Of a DNA stretch of 64,000 bases, positions 19,733-28,474 are shown one piece after another. The position numbers and the translations under genes are program-made. The stretch is from NCBI GenBank assembly GCA_048882325.1, contig JBHLRS010000007.1, forward strand, positions 32,001 through 96,000, read 5' to 3'. Numbering within the stretch: the first letter of the stretch is position 1; each line of letters opens with the position of its first letter. Source of the DNA: Candidatus Thorarchaeota archaeon. GTDB lineage: Archaea; Asgardarchaeota; Thorarchaeia; Thorarchaeales; Thorarchaeaceae. The notes below the pieces were generated by a model. The model did not search any database and was not told the origin of the DNA. It saw only the letters and a list, made by a program, of their open reading frames with translations.

Positions 19733-20815
19733 GTGAGAGTGGATGCAATGAAGAAGACACGCCACCTCCTCTCATTGATACTTGTCATGAGTTTAGCCTT
19801 GGGAAACATAGAGGCGGTTATGCTGCTACCTGAAACTTATGGCTTGCGTTATAATCATCAAGAATCACAGACTTCTGAACATCCCCCATTTCAACCCCCT
19901 GCATTAAATGCAAGCAAGCAAGACTCAGGTTCTATTTTCATAAACGGTCAAGAGATTTTCTGGAGTTATTTCTCTCCAAATACATCGATAATTCAACCTC
20001 GAGATTTTGGTTTTTCCTTTGAAATCTGGTGGAATAATCCAGATCCCAACATTTCGATTGTAGTTGAACTTTCAGATAACGAAGGAGGAGCAAATTCGAC
20101 CGAAACTTTCGAAACTTTAGGAAGCTATGAGAAAGTTCTGGAAACACAAGAAGGTGATTTCATCCAATATGCGATTTGGATGAATACAACATACTTTTTC
20201 GCGAACGAAACATGGTCTACATTTGGGAATGAATCCATTGATGTTGAGGATCTGAATCTCACAGTTGGAATTCAACATTTCACCTACTTCCCGATATTTG
20301 AGTATTCAATCCTACGGGACTCTGGAGGTCCAACCCTGCAAATTATCCATCCTACCTATGATGAAATAAGAAGCGAAATAGTGCTTGATTCATTCAATAT
20401 CAGCTTTGATATAGTCGTAACTGATTTGAGTAAGATAGAGTATGCCGCTTTGGTCGCTACATTTGTGAACCAAACGACCTTTGAACCTGATGAGATGGTC
20501 ATGTGGGGAACTGGGAATATTGAGAATGGAACAGGTCAGAAAGTCTATGTACCATCCTTAATCACAGAAAAAATTGTAATTGACTCAGGAGGGATGCTAG
20601 ATATTGACACAACTTCAATTACTACATATTTCAGTATTCTTGATAGTTTCGGATATGAAACCAGAAAGAGATTGAATATCATTATAGAATTGCCACAGAC
20701 TACCTCAACAACAGCTCCCACTACAACAAGTGAAAGTCTGGGCCCTCTGATACCTGTCGTGGGTGTTCTTTCGATAGTGGGAGTAATTGTCATTCTTCTG
20801 AGGAGTAAAAGATAA
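19733..20815 (+). CDS. Secreted/surface glycoprotein with C-terminal anchor
   Basis: Signal peptide, about 10 NxS/T sequons, Thr-rich linker, TM helix, RSKR tail. Confidence 0.75.
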   Translation: MRVDAMKKTRHLLSLILVMSLALGNIEAVMLLPETYGLRYNHQESQTSEHPPFQPPALNASKQDSGSIFINGQEIFWSYFSPNTSIIQPRDFGFSFEIWWNNPDPNISIVVELSDNEGGANSTETFETLGSYEKVLETQEGDFIQYAIWMNTTYFFANETWSTFGNESIDVEDLNLTVGIQHFTYFPIFEYSILRDSGGPTLQIIHPTYDEIRSEIVLDSFNISFDIVVTDLSKIEYAALVATFVNQTTFEPDEMVMWGTGNIENGTGQKVYVPSLITEKIVIDSGGMLDIDTTSITTYFSILDSFGYETRKRLNIIIELPQTTSTTAPTTTSESLGPLIPVVGVLSIVGVIVILLRSKR

Positions 20816-20824
20816 GGTTCTAGT

Positions 20825-21637
20825 TTGGGCACCACAAGTGTCATAAGCAAATCCAAGGTCAGCGCCAAGCCGGAGTGGAGAAAACTGACATCTTCTGATG
20901 AACAAGAAATGGATCTTGTTGAAACTAAAGGAGATACCCGAATAGTTTCAGTAGGAGTGATATTGGTAGGTCTGTTTGTAATTTTAGCAATCATACCTAT
21001 GAGTACCTTCATCGGAGCTGGTGGAGTTGTTAGTGCTCTCAGTTTTGCCGTGTGCATAACTCCGCTCTTTGGAATAATATTAGGTAGCAGGAGAGGACTA
21101 GCATATGGAGCTATTGCAGGGATTCTAGGAACCCTTGTCCTTCTTCCTTTTGGAGGAGGTGTGTTTCTATTTCTCCCCCCCACTATTGTTGGTCCAGCAA
21201 TATCAGGTCTATTCACAGGTTTGTTGTTTAGAAAAGACACGAAATTTGGACCAACTTTGACAGCGGCGTATCTAGTTCTAATCATTGTCATCTTTGAGCT
21301 GTTCAAGTTTGAAGCTTGGTGGTTTATGACACCGTACATGCTAGCCGCTATACTTGCTTTTGGCCTTCAAGTAAAAACCATAGAATTCAGAACGGGTCAG
21401 ACAGGATTCAACAGATATCTTCAGCTAATACCGTTTACCTTCATCGGAGCAATGCTTGACCATTCAATGATGGCTATGGGCTCAGTGTTCCTACTTGACC
21501 TACCACCTGTGGGTATTGGGTTTACATTCGAACTCATCTTCCCACTGATGGTGCTTGAGAGAATCGTAGCTACAATTCTTGCTGCGGTTGTTGGTTATAT
21601 TGTACTCGAATACTTTGGTGACGAAATTGGCCTTTGA
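20825..21637 (+). CDS. ECF-transporter S-component-like membrane protein
   Basis: 'ITPLFGIILGSRRG..GAIAGILG' S-component-like pattern, DH..M.MG, ERIVAT; start may be CTG 20885 or ATG 20909. Confidence 0.65.
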   Translation: MGTTSVISKSKVSAKPEWRKLTSSDEQEMDLVETKGDTRIVSVGVILVGLFVILAIIPMSTFIGAGGVVSALSFAVCITPLFGIILGSRRGLAYGAIAGILGTLVLLPFGGGVFLFLPPTIVGPAISGLFTGLLFRKDTKFGPTLTAAYLVLIIVIFELFKFEAWWFMTPYMLAAILAFGLQVKTIEFRTGQTGFNRYLQLIPFTFIGAMLDHSMMAMGSVFLLDLPPVGIGFTFELIFPLMVLERIVATILAAVVGYIVLEYFGDEIGL

Positions 21638-21648
21638 TTCCAAAAATA

Positions 21649-22257
21649 CTATGATAGATTTCTGATAATGACGTTAAGTGCCTCAACTTGCAACTCGAGA
21701 GGCATAGTCGCCATCGACATGATGTCTTTCTCTATGGCTTGATACGGAAGAGGTGGTAAATGAATGAATGTGGCCTTTGTGTCAAATGGCTCTTTTTCAA
21801 TCATATCCATCACATTGTAGAGTATCCAATTGCAACCGTAGAGACCTGCGTGATAACTCACAAGAGCTGGAATACCTTCCTCTAAGAGTGCATTGACCAA
21901 TGGAATTGGATCGATGTTGGCAAAATAGGCTACTGGACCATCATATTCAATGATGTCAGACTCAGGTATGTTCTCATAATTATCAGGACGTTTTGTAGAG
22001 ATAGCATTCACAGCTATACGCTCAATAGAGATAGCAGCTCGATTTGCCTGACCACAGCACAGAACATAGTCAGGTTTGTGTTTCTTGAGAGTTTCATAGA
22101 GCATGTTATGAGCGCTTTTATAGTCAAGAGGAAGAACCAGACCTGTGACGGAGAAATCATCAATTCTCGTGTCATCAAGAACCTTCACTAATTCTTCCGA
22201 AGGATTTACTGAGAATCCATCGAAAGGTTCGAATCCAGTAATGAGAACCTTTGGCAT
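21649..22257 (-). CDS. pcp: Pyroglutamyl-peptidase I
   Basis: LITGFEPFDG..VNPS, ISIERIAVN (Glu), AGLYGCN (Cys), FIHLP (His). Confidence 0.93.
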   Translation of the reverse strand: MPKVLITGFEPFDGFSVNPSEELVKVLDDTRIDDFSVTGLVLPLDYKSAHNMLYETLKKHKPDYVLCCGQANRAAISIERIAVNAISTKRPDNYENIPESDIIEYDGPVAYFANIDPIPLVNALLEEGIPALVSYHAGLYGCNWILYNVMDMIEKEPFDTKATFIHLPPLPYQAIEKDIMSMATMPLELQVEALNVIIRNLS

Positions 22258-22322
22258 AGAAACACCACCGAGAGTTTGATTGTCTTCCTAAAGAGTACTA
22301 TATCCAACCTAAACTTTCCTAC

Positions 22323-23021
22323 TCAAGAGGTCCCTAAAAGAAGGCCGGGGAGAGCAAGCCAGATGAAGAAGACACCGAGTGCCACCTGAAATAGACCAAT
22401 TCCAATATTCAACAAATTGAGCCGTCCAGCCTTTGAATCAACCTGAGCCTTTTGGCTCCCGTATGTTGCTCCAACAGAGAGAAAAGCTCCAAAGAGGAAA
22501 TCTGTGGAGATATGTGTGAAATAGATCAATGTACCAGCTATGATTACAGCTCCCAGATTCCATTCTACACTTTCAAGTAGATATGTGATTGCAGTAAAAC
22601 CTGCAGCAATCCACCAGAGAAGGAAATAGGGTGAAAAGATACTAACAAGTGCTCCTTGAGTCGTTGCTTCGATGGCAGAAGATGCAGTAATTTCCTGTCT
22701 TGATGCGATACTCGACCCAACCTCTTCCTGTTTATTATCACGTAGAGCTACTAGGCCAAAAAGAATGATTATGAACCCACCAACTCCCATTAGAATATCA
22801 GTATAGGGATCCAAGGCAGCAGAATTAACACCTAGAATAATGGCGATTACTATCACTAACTCAACTAGTGAATGACCAAGCATTGGTAAAATACCATGAA
22901 GGCGTCCTCGTTTGCTTGCTTGTTGAACAACTGCTGCGGAGAGAGGACCAGGGGCAAGCGCTCCAGTAAGAGAAAGTCCAAACCATCCTGCAAGAACGAT
23001 GAAGACCTCAACAACGCCCAT
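22323..23021 (-). CDS. LysE-family translocator
   Basis: LTGALAPGP, LGHSLVE, SPYFLLWW; likely start ATG 23021. Confidence 0.85.
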   Translation of the reverse strand: MGVVEVFIVLAGWFGLSLTGALAPGPLSAAVVQQASKRGRLHGILPMLGHSLVELVIVIAIILGVNSAALDPYTDILMGVGGFIIILFGLVALRDNKQEEVGSSIASRQEITASSAIEATTQGALVSIFSPYFLLWWIAAGFTAITYLLESVEWNLGAVIIAGTLIYFTHISTDFLFGAFLSVGATYGSQKAQVDSKAGRLNLLNIGIGLFQVALGVFFIWLALPGLLLGTS

Positions 23022-23193
23022 TCTGTTTTCCTCTGCTTGTTTTGAATGTGAAATCAAAGAAAAGCTTGGTGCTTAATGCGCAAACAGTAAAGAACTGGTA
23101 TTATTTGTATTACAACTAGTAGAAAAATGCTTTGCCAGAAACCCTTAATAGCTTTCCAATGAAGCTGCGCGTTAACTCGGGAGCTGCGCTGGT

Positions 23194-24330
23194 TTGAAAC
23201 AGGTGCAAATCACTGTACCCTACGAAAAGACAGAGGCAGTGTTTGATTTTATTGTTGATGCTCTAGGTATCAACAACGTGACGAAAATGAACACTGACAA
23301 TGCTCACCTACTGCAATTTAGGATTCCAGATGCCCAGGTCAATGAGGCAATAGAGAAGCTGAAGAGCAGAGGCGTCGGTGTCGAATACGGATTCATCGAT
23401 ATTCTTGATCTCAAGGCAACACTTCCTCGAGAAACAGAAGAAGTTAGCGACACCAAGATTCAGAGAGATGCGACTCTTGCTGTCGAAGAGATATATGAAA
23501 ACGTCCACAAGCAGGCATCTCTTAGCTTCGATTTTATCGCATTCTCGATACTTGCAGCGGCAATGGCAGGTTTTGGTCTGATACAAAACAACACCACCGT
23601 TATAGTTGCATCAATGCTACTCTCACCACTCATGGGACCGATGTTGGGTGTGGCTCTTGGTTACGTTGTGAGAGATAGACAGCTATTTGTCAAAGGAACA
23701 GTAAATGAGCTCATCTCACTGGGTTTGTCTTTCACTGTTGGAATTGTAATGGCAATTCTGTTCTATATTGGTGGATCTGCGAATTTTGTCGCAGAGGTGG
23801 TAAGTCACATGAACCCGTCCGACCCAACAATAACCGAGATTACTCGTCGCGCGGGATTCTCTCTGATTGATGTCGGAGTTGCGTTGATTTCAGGACCAGC
23901 TGTTGCAGTTTCAGTAACTAAAGGTGACATGTCAAGTCTCGTTGGTGTTGCAATTTCAGCGGCGCTTATGCCTCCTGCGGTAAATGCTGCTTTGATGATT
24001 GCACTGGGAGCTTTTAATGCAGAATTTATTCTAATCAATATTGGAGTTGGTTCTCTTATGCTCTTGGCGATGAACATTATCCTTATCGACATATCAGCGA
24101 TTGTGATGTTCAGAATTAAGAAACTTACACCATTAGCAAATAGATCAGCCACCTGGACAGCTGTAACTCAATTCACAAAGACTCGTAGAGAGAGTCTCTA
24201 TCATACAACAAGACCGGAGCCTAATGGTGTTGCAACGTTTACTCCAGCTCCAACAACTGATGGTGGATCAGTAGAAACCAAAGAGGAAGAAACAGAGAAA
24301 GAGCCTGAGTCTACCAAAGATAATGGATGA
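23194..24330 (+). CDS. DUF389/TIGR00341-family membrane protein
   Basis: VIVASMLLSPLMGP, GVAISAALMPP; N-terminal soluble domain; acidic tail. Confidence 0.88.
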   Translation: MKQVQITVPYEKTEAVFDFIVDALGINNVTKMNTDNAHLLQFRIPDAQVNEAIEKLKSRGVGVEYGFIDILDLKATLPRETEEVSDTKIQRDATLAVEEIYENVHKQASLSFDFIAFSILAAAMAGFGLIQNNTTVIVASMLLSPLMGPMLGVALGYVVRDRQLFVKGTVNELISLGLSFTVGIVMAILFYIGGSANFVAEVVSHMNPSDPTITEITRRAGFSLIDVGVALISGPAVAVSVTKGDMSSLVGVAISAALMPPAVNAALMIALGAFNAEFILINIGVGSLMLLAMNIILIDISAIVMFRIKKLTPLANRSATWTAVTQFTKTRRESLYHTTRPEPNGVATFTPAPTTDGGSVETKEEETEKEPESTKDNG

Positions 24331-24461
24331 ACAACAGGTTTACAATTTCGCAAATCATAAGCTTTCAGAACCCATGATATTCAATTTGTAATGTCTAGGT
24401 ATCACAAGAGGATATAGTCTACATTTTGGTTAGAATGGTTAACTCTTACGGAGAATGAGAC

Positions 24462-24779
24462 ATGGGCGAACTCAAGAATAAATTGTTCAAAGGCCTTACT
24501 GAACATGACATACTGACCTGGGAAGAGGAAAAAATGCGCTATCAGCGAAAAATGGGAAGAAAAGTGACCGATCTTGAGTTCCTACGCTATTTATTGATGA
24601 AAGCTTCACGACCAGTCATCAAAACCAAGGATGGAGTTTCAACTGGGTTCCTCACAGGAAAAGGACCAATCCATGAAAAAGAGGACACGCTTTTAGAAAG
24701 ATATCGGGCTCAGGGATCAATGAATCCAGCTGGATTGGTGGACCAAAGACTCGCAGACCGAAGGAAAACTTCACCTTAG
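24462..24779 (+). CDS. Hypothetical small basic protein (possible DNA-binding N-terminus)
   Basis: 105 aa, SD GGAG upstream; no firm family. Confidence 0.6.
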   Translation: MGELKNKLFKGLTEHDILTWEEEKMRYQRKMGRKVTDLEFLRYLLMKASRPVIKTKDGVSTGFLTGKGPIHEKEDTLLERYRAQGSMNPAGLVDQRLADRRKTSP

Positions 24780-24877
24780 ATTCTTGGTCATGTGCCAACC
24801 CTTAAATGCTAAGATACCAACTGGTACAATAGATGTACTGAGTTGTTGTACATTTATGCCTTATTGGAGAAAACATA

Positions 24878-25015
24878 ATGGAAATGAATCAACAAGAAGA
24901 GATTTTTCCTGACTGGATGTCAACTTCAGGCATTGAGTTTTGGCAACCAGATGACCTCTATATTGAGTGGATCACTTTTCTCTATGGAATCTGGGAAAAA
25001 GTGGAATATCTCTAG
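24878..25015 (+). CDS. Small acidic Trp-rich peptide (45 aa) upstream of the ArsR regulator
   Basis: Below the ORF-track cutoff. MEMNQQEEIFPDWMSTSGIEFWQPDDLYIEWITFLYGIWEKVEYL; GGAGA upstream; TATA-like CCCTTAAA at about 24799. Confidence 0.45.
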   Translation: MEMNQQEEIFPDWMSTSGIEFWQPDDLYIEWITFLYGIWEKVEYL

Positions 25016-25038
25016 AAGACATGGAATGATGACAAAGG

Positions 25039-25761
25039 ATGTCAGAAGAAGGACCGAGTGATCTTGACAAAGTCTTCAAGGCACTAGGAAATGAAACTCG
25101 CAGAAGAATACTTCGCCTCCTAGCACAGGGTGAAAGATATCCCTATGAGTTAAGCAAAGTCCTAGGATTAACCCCACGGGGTGTATTCAAACACCTTGAA
25201 GCTCTTCAAGAAGCAGGACTCGTTGAGCGACAGCATGGCGAAAGCGAGGTAGGCCCAGACAGGGTTTACTACCGACTCAATGTGAGGTTTGGGCTTTCCA
25301 CCACAATCCTTCCAAATGCATTTGTTGTAAGACTAACTAGTCATGGGATAACAGGTCACCGACTCATAGTACCTCAGGGCTTTATCATCCCAGAAGCAAG
25401 ACCTGACGTAGCGGCGGTAAGAAAACTCCTGCGTGAGCTAGGGAAGGTCAACAGGCAACTTGAGAAACTCGAAGATGACAGGATGCGTTTTGCCTCACTA
25501 AGGAGTCAGATAATCAGCAGAATAGAGGCAGTAATGGAGCATGCTGAGTGGGATGAGGAGAGTCGTCAGAAAGTAAGGTCTCTAATTGATCCTATCCGGC
25601 AGCAAGTAGATGACACTGTAGAGGAACGCGAAGATGCTTGGGCTAGCACCGTCCAAGAAGCACTGAAACTTTTCGAGAATATGCTCACGGGGAAACCTCC
25701 GATTGCAAAGAAGAAAGAAGATTCTGACGACGATGTAGAGATAATACTGGATTCTGAGTGA
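25039..25761 (+). CDS. ArsR-type winged-helix regulator with coiled coil (archaeal Phr/HSR1-like architecture)
   Basis: VFKALGNETRRRILRLL..YPYELSK..KHLEALQEAGLV..GPDRVYY; leucine-rich coiled coil follows. Confidence 0.85.
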   Translation: MSEEGPSDLDKVFKALGNETRRRILRLLAQGERYPYELSKVLGLTPRGVFKHLEALQEAGLVERQHGESEVGPDRVYYRLNVRFGLSTTILPNAFVVRLTSHGITGHRLIVPQGFIIPEARPDVAAVRKLLRELGKVNRQLEKLEDDRMRFASLRSQIISRIEAVMEHAEWDEESRQKVRSLIDPIRQQVDDTVEEREDAWASTVQEALKLFENMLTGKPPIAKKKEDSDDDVEIILDSE

Positions 25762-25762
25762 G

Positions 25763-26458
25763 CTACCAATTCCAGATTATTTTCCAGTCCGCTCTCTTTT
25801 GGCTTGACATACTCGGCACGTATTCAATCGGATTATATGGTAGTTCCACACCTTTTGCTTTCTTCACAGATAGATAGTGTTTTCCACGTGATGTGGTGAG
25901 AGTTATGATGCCTTGAGCGAGTGAATATAATTGGTTGATGGTTACTTCGTCAGCTGTTTCAGCATGTACGAGGTAGAACTCGTTTGACCCAATTTTGATG
26001 CTCTCCTCAACGCACTCTTTGAAGAACTGAACAACATCACGGGCTGAAAAGTCAATCAGAAGTGGTGTTAGACCTTCAAATGTGATTAGATTGGGCATCA
26101 GATCTTTTCTGAGACTTCTAAGTTGAATGTTAATTTCATGTAGATGTGGCGAACAGGTGTATTCTCCTAGAGTTTCTTGACCGTATCCAACCTCCATTAT
26201 CTTGAAGCCATTACCCTGCATCTGCGAAAGTTCAGTCATGAGAGAGCGATTTCTAGCCTCCGTGACTACTTCCAATGTAGAAAGACCAAGCTCAATGGCT
26301 CGTCTGATGAGAGTGAGCATAAAGAGGTCATAATGGCTGTCCTGAGAGGCCATAACGAGGAAGACATAACCTTTCGGAGGTCTAGTGAGTAGATTGTCCA
26401 CTATGCTGAACTTTGAACCGTTCTGGTCAATTGGTTCGCTACGCACTTTTTTACACAC
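25763..26458 (-). CDS. KaiC/RAD55-like pseudo-ATPase (Walker A lost)
   Basis: Aligns by eye to 30267-31022: VDNLLTRPPKGYVFLVMASQDSHYD (no GxxxxGK), ITFEGLTPL (Walker B-like), LAQGIITL...LSVKKAKG. Confidence 0.7.
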   Translation of the reverse strand: MCKKVRSEPIDQNGSKFSIVDNLLTRPPKGYVFLVMASQDSHYDLFMLTLIRRAIELGLSTLEVVTEARNRSLMTELSQMQGNGFKIMEVGYGQETLGEYTCSPHLHEINIQLRSLRKDLMPNLITFEGLTPLLIDFSARDVVQFFKECVEESIKIGSNEFYLVHAETADEVTINQLYSLAQGIITLTTSRGKHYLSVKKAKGVELPYNPIEYVPSMSSQKRADWKIIWNW

Positions 26459-26462
26459 TCAC

Positions 26463-26846
26463 TCATTGACTCATTCCAAGATGTTTTCTAATGGTTGCTA
26501 CGAGTGCCTTACCTGAAAATGGCTTGATGATATACTCGTCAGCACCCGCTTCTTCTCCTCGTTCTACATCGCTACTCAGTCCTTTAGCAGTGAACAATAG
26601 AATAGGAGTATCTTTGAAAGTAGCATTCTCTTTGAGTCTCTTGCAGACTTCAAAGCCATCGATAGTTGGAAGCATCACATCAAGAAGAACCAAATCAGGA
26701 ACCTCCTGATTTGCAAGTTCAAGTGCTTCCTCACCATCACTTGCTACCACCACCTCGAATCCGTGCTTCTCAAGGAATGTCTTCGCTAATTCAGTAGTCA
26801 TCTGTTCATCATCGACGACCAGTATTTTCTTGCTATTGCTGTTCAT
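26463..26846 (-). CDS. Stand-alone response-regulator receiver (CheY-like), canonical
   Basis: ILVVDDE, LVLLDVMLP, FTAKG, YIIKPF; likely start ATG 26846 after GGTGA. Confidence 0.93.
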   Translation of the reverse strand: MNSNSKKILVVDDEQMTTELAKTFLEKHGFEVVVASDGEEALELANQEVPDLVLLDVMLPTIDGFEVCKRLKENATFKDTPILLFTAKGLSSDVERGEEAGADEYIIKPFSGKALVATIRKHLGMSQ

Positions 26847-26980
26847 GTTTATCACCGGAGGTAGGTGTGTTTTCGTAGTACTGATGAAGATCATATGAAA
26901 GGCGGTTCCTGGTGTAAAAAAGATGAGACTTCTTCAGCGACCCGGAACGCCTGTTATCTTGTGACTTCATCATTTTATCC

Positions 26981-28363
26981 TCATACAATTGGTACTAAAT
27001 CATAATCCAGAAAGCCCTTAGATAGCAAGGGCCTTACTGCAAGGTAGTTTGTACGTGGATTTACACCACATACACTTAGCACTCCACTCAATTCCTGAAC
27101 ACGAAGATGTACACTGTATGCGATTGACCCACTTTTCAATGCCTGCTGCTGTCCAAGAATACTCACAGTTGCCCGGTTTGTCGCTGGCAGGGATGCTGTT
27201 ATTTCAGCCATCATACCTTTGACATCAGTGACACCATACTTGTTTTCAAGAGTATCAAGGGAGAATAACTCAGTTGCTTCAGCGTCAAATTTGCGCTCGA
27301 GCTGTGTAGCCTCATATCTAATCTCTTGGAGCGTCTTCCATGGATCGTCATTTATGGTCCGTACATTTTCTAGCTGTCCTAGAGCATGTCGCCCAAAGAA
27401 AATGACTTGATCCTCGACAAGCTGCTGTTCAACAAAATGACTCAACCCTTGGGAAAATTGATCCGGAGACCATCCTTCTGGGAGAAGTATAACCGCAGGC
27501 CGACCAAGTTGAAGGTGGTTCGATAGAAATGGGATGTAGATTGTTTCAAGATAAGGCGCTGCTAGATTCTCAACCTCTATGAGGCTCAATACACCTTTTT
27601 GAAAACCTCCCCCAATTATTCCATCTAAGCTTTTATTCCCAGTTGATATTCTATCAGGTGAAGGATCTTGAATTGGTTCTCTCTCCACTGTGATTGGTGG
27701 GAACTGATGCACATGCCAGGGTACGTATGTGAATCTACCGTTGTTTAGTGTGAAGAGGAAAGTGTCTTGTTTCAGTGGTAGTGAGCGCATCTTCTCAATA
27801 GTCATTTGTCGATACATTCTCTGATCTTCACGTAGTTTCTTCAGGCGGATGATTGCATCAGCTGAGTGGTGCAGAGGGTGTTGATATTTCTCTTCCCAGT
27901 CACCTTCTGTTACAAGTACTAACTTTTTACCCTCGTTTCGGGCTGCGTAAATCAACGACTGTTGAACTTCATATCTTTTGGCTTCATCAATAGGCATCAT
28001 GAAGTCGGTCCAAGAGTCGATAATTACCACGTTGTGTGATTCTGATACAGACTGCACACCGAGTAATTGCTTCAATTGCTCATGCAAAGGAACTTCATGC
28101 AAAGAACTCTCTTTCAGAGACCTCCAGTAATGAGAAACGAAATACCGCTTAGACCAATTAGGTTCCATAGATAGGCCCTTTTCCGTTACAGATGTTGATT
28201 CAGCGTTAGACATTATGAGTAAAGATTCGTTAAATTCTCGAAAGACCTCATGTACAAACAAAGTCTTGCCTGTTCCAGGCTTTCCTGTCACTACAATAAT
28301 ATAGCCAGGTGCTGAGTCTAATGCATCCCTAATACTAGGCGGAATCGAGCCTTCACTGCTCAT
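26981..28363 (-). CDS. GvpD-like double RecA/KaiC-domain protein (N-terminal domain intact, C-terminal domain degenerate)
   Basis: GKPGTGKT, VIIDSW, ADAIIRL, IEKMRS; second domain ISTGNKSLDGIIGGGFQKG lacks Walker A; likely start 28363. Confidence 0.8.
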   Translation of the reverse strand: MSSEGSIPPSIRDALDSAPGYIIVVTGKPGTGKTLFVHEVFREFNESLLIMSNAESTSVTEKGLSMEPNWSKRYFVSHYWRSLKESSLHEVPLHEQLKQLLGVQSVSESHNVVIIDSWTDFMMPIDEAKRYEVQQSLIYAARNEGKKLVLVTEGDWEEKYQHPLHHSADAIIRLKKLREDQRMYRQMTIEKMRSLPLKQDTFLFTLNNGRFTYVPWHVHQFPPITVEREPIQDPSPDRISTGNKSLDGIIGGGFQKGVLSLIEVENLAAPYLETIYIPFLSNHLQLGRPAVILLPEGWSPDQFSQGLSHFVEQQLVEDQVIFFGRHALGQLENVRTINDDPWKTLQEIRYEATQLERKFDAEATELFSLDTLENKYGVTDVKGMMAEITASLPATNRATVSILGQQQALKSGSIAYSVHLRVQELSGVLSVCGVNPRTNYLAVRPLLSKGFLDYDLVPIV

Positions 28364-28474
28364 TTCTGATTGCCCCTTGCTTGCGCAAATGGAGTTCACT
28401 TGTTTTGAAATATAAGGATATGTGGCTCATTTATTCTAATCACTCTTGTGATAATTCAAGAGCAACTCGAGGGT

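Noticed and set aside
20545-21339. 264-aa minus-strand ORF
   Set aside because: Antisense to two well-supported + strand genes.
26981-28363. Gas-vesicle cluster (gvpD)
   Set aside because: Only the GvpD-like architecture is present; no gvpA/J/L/F/N context, so no gene symbol was assigned.
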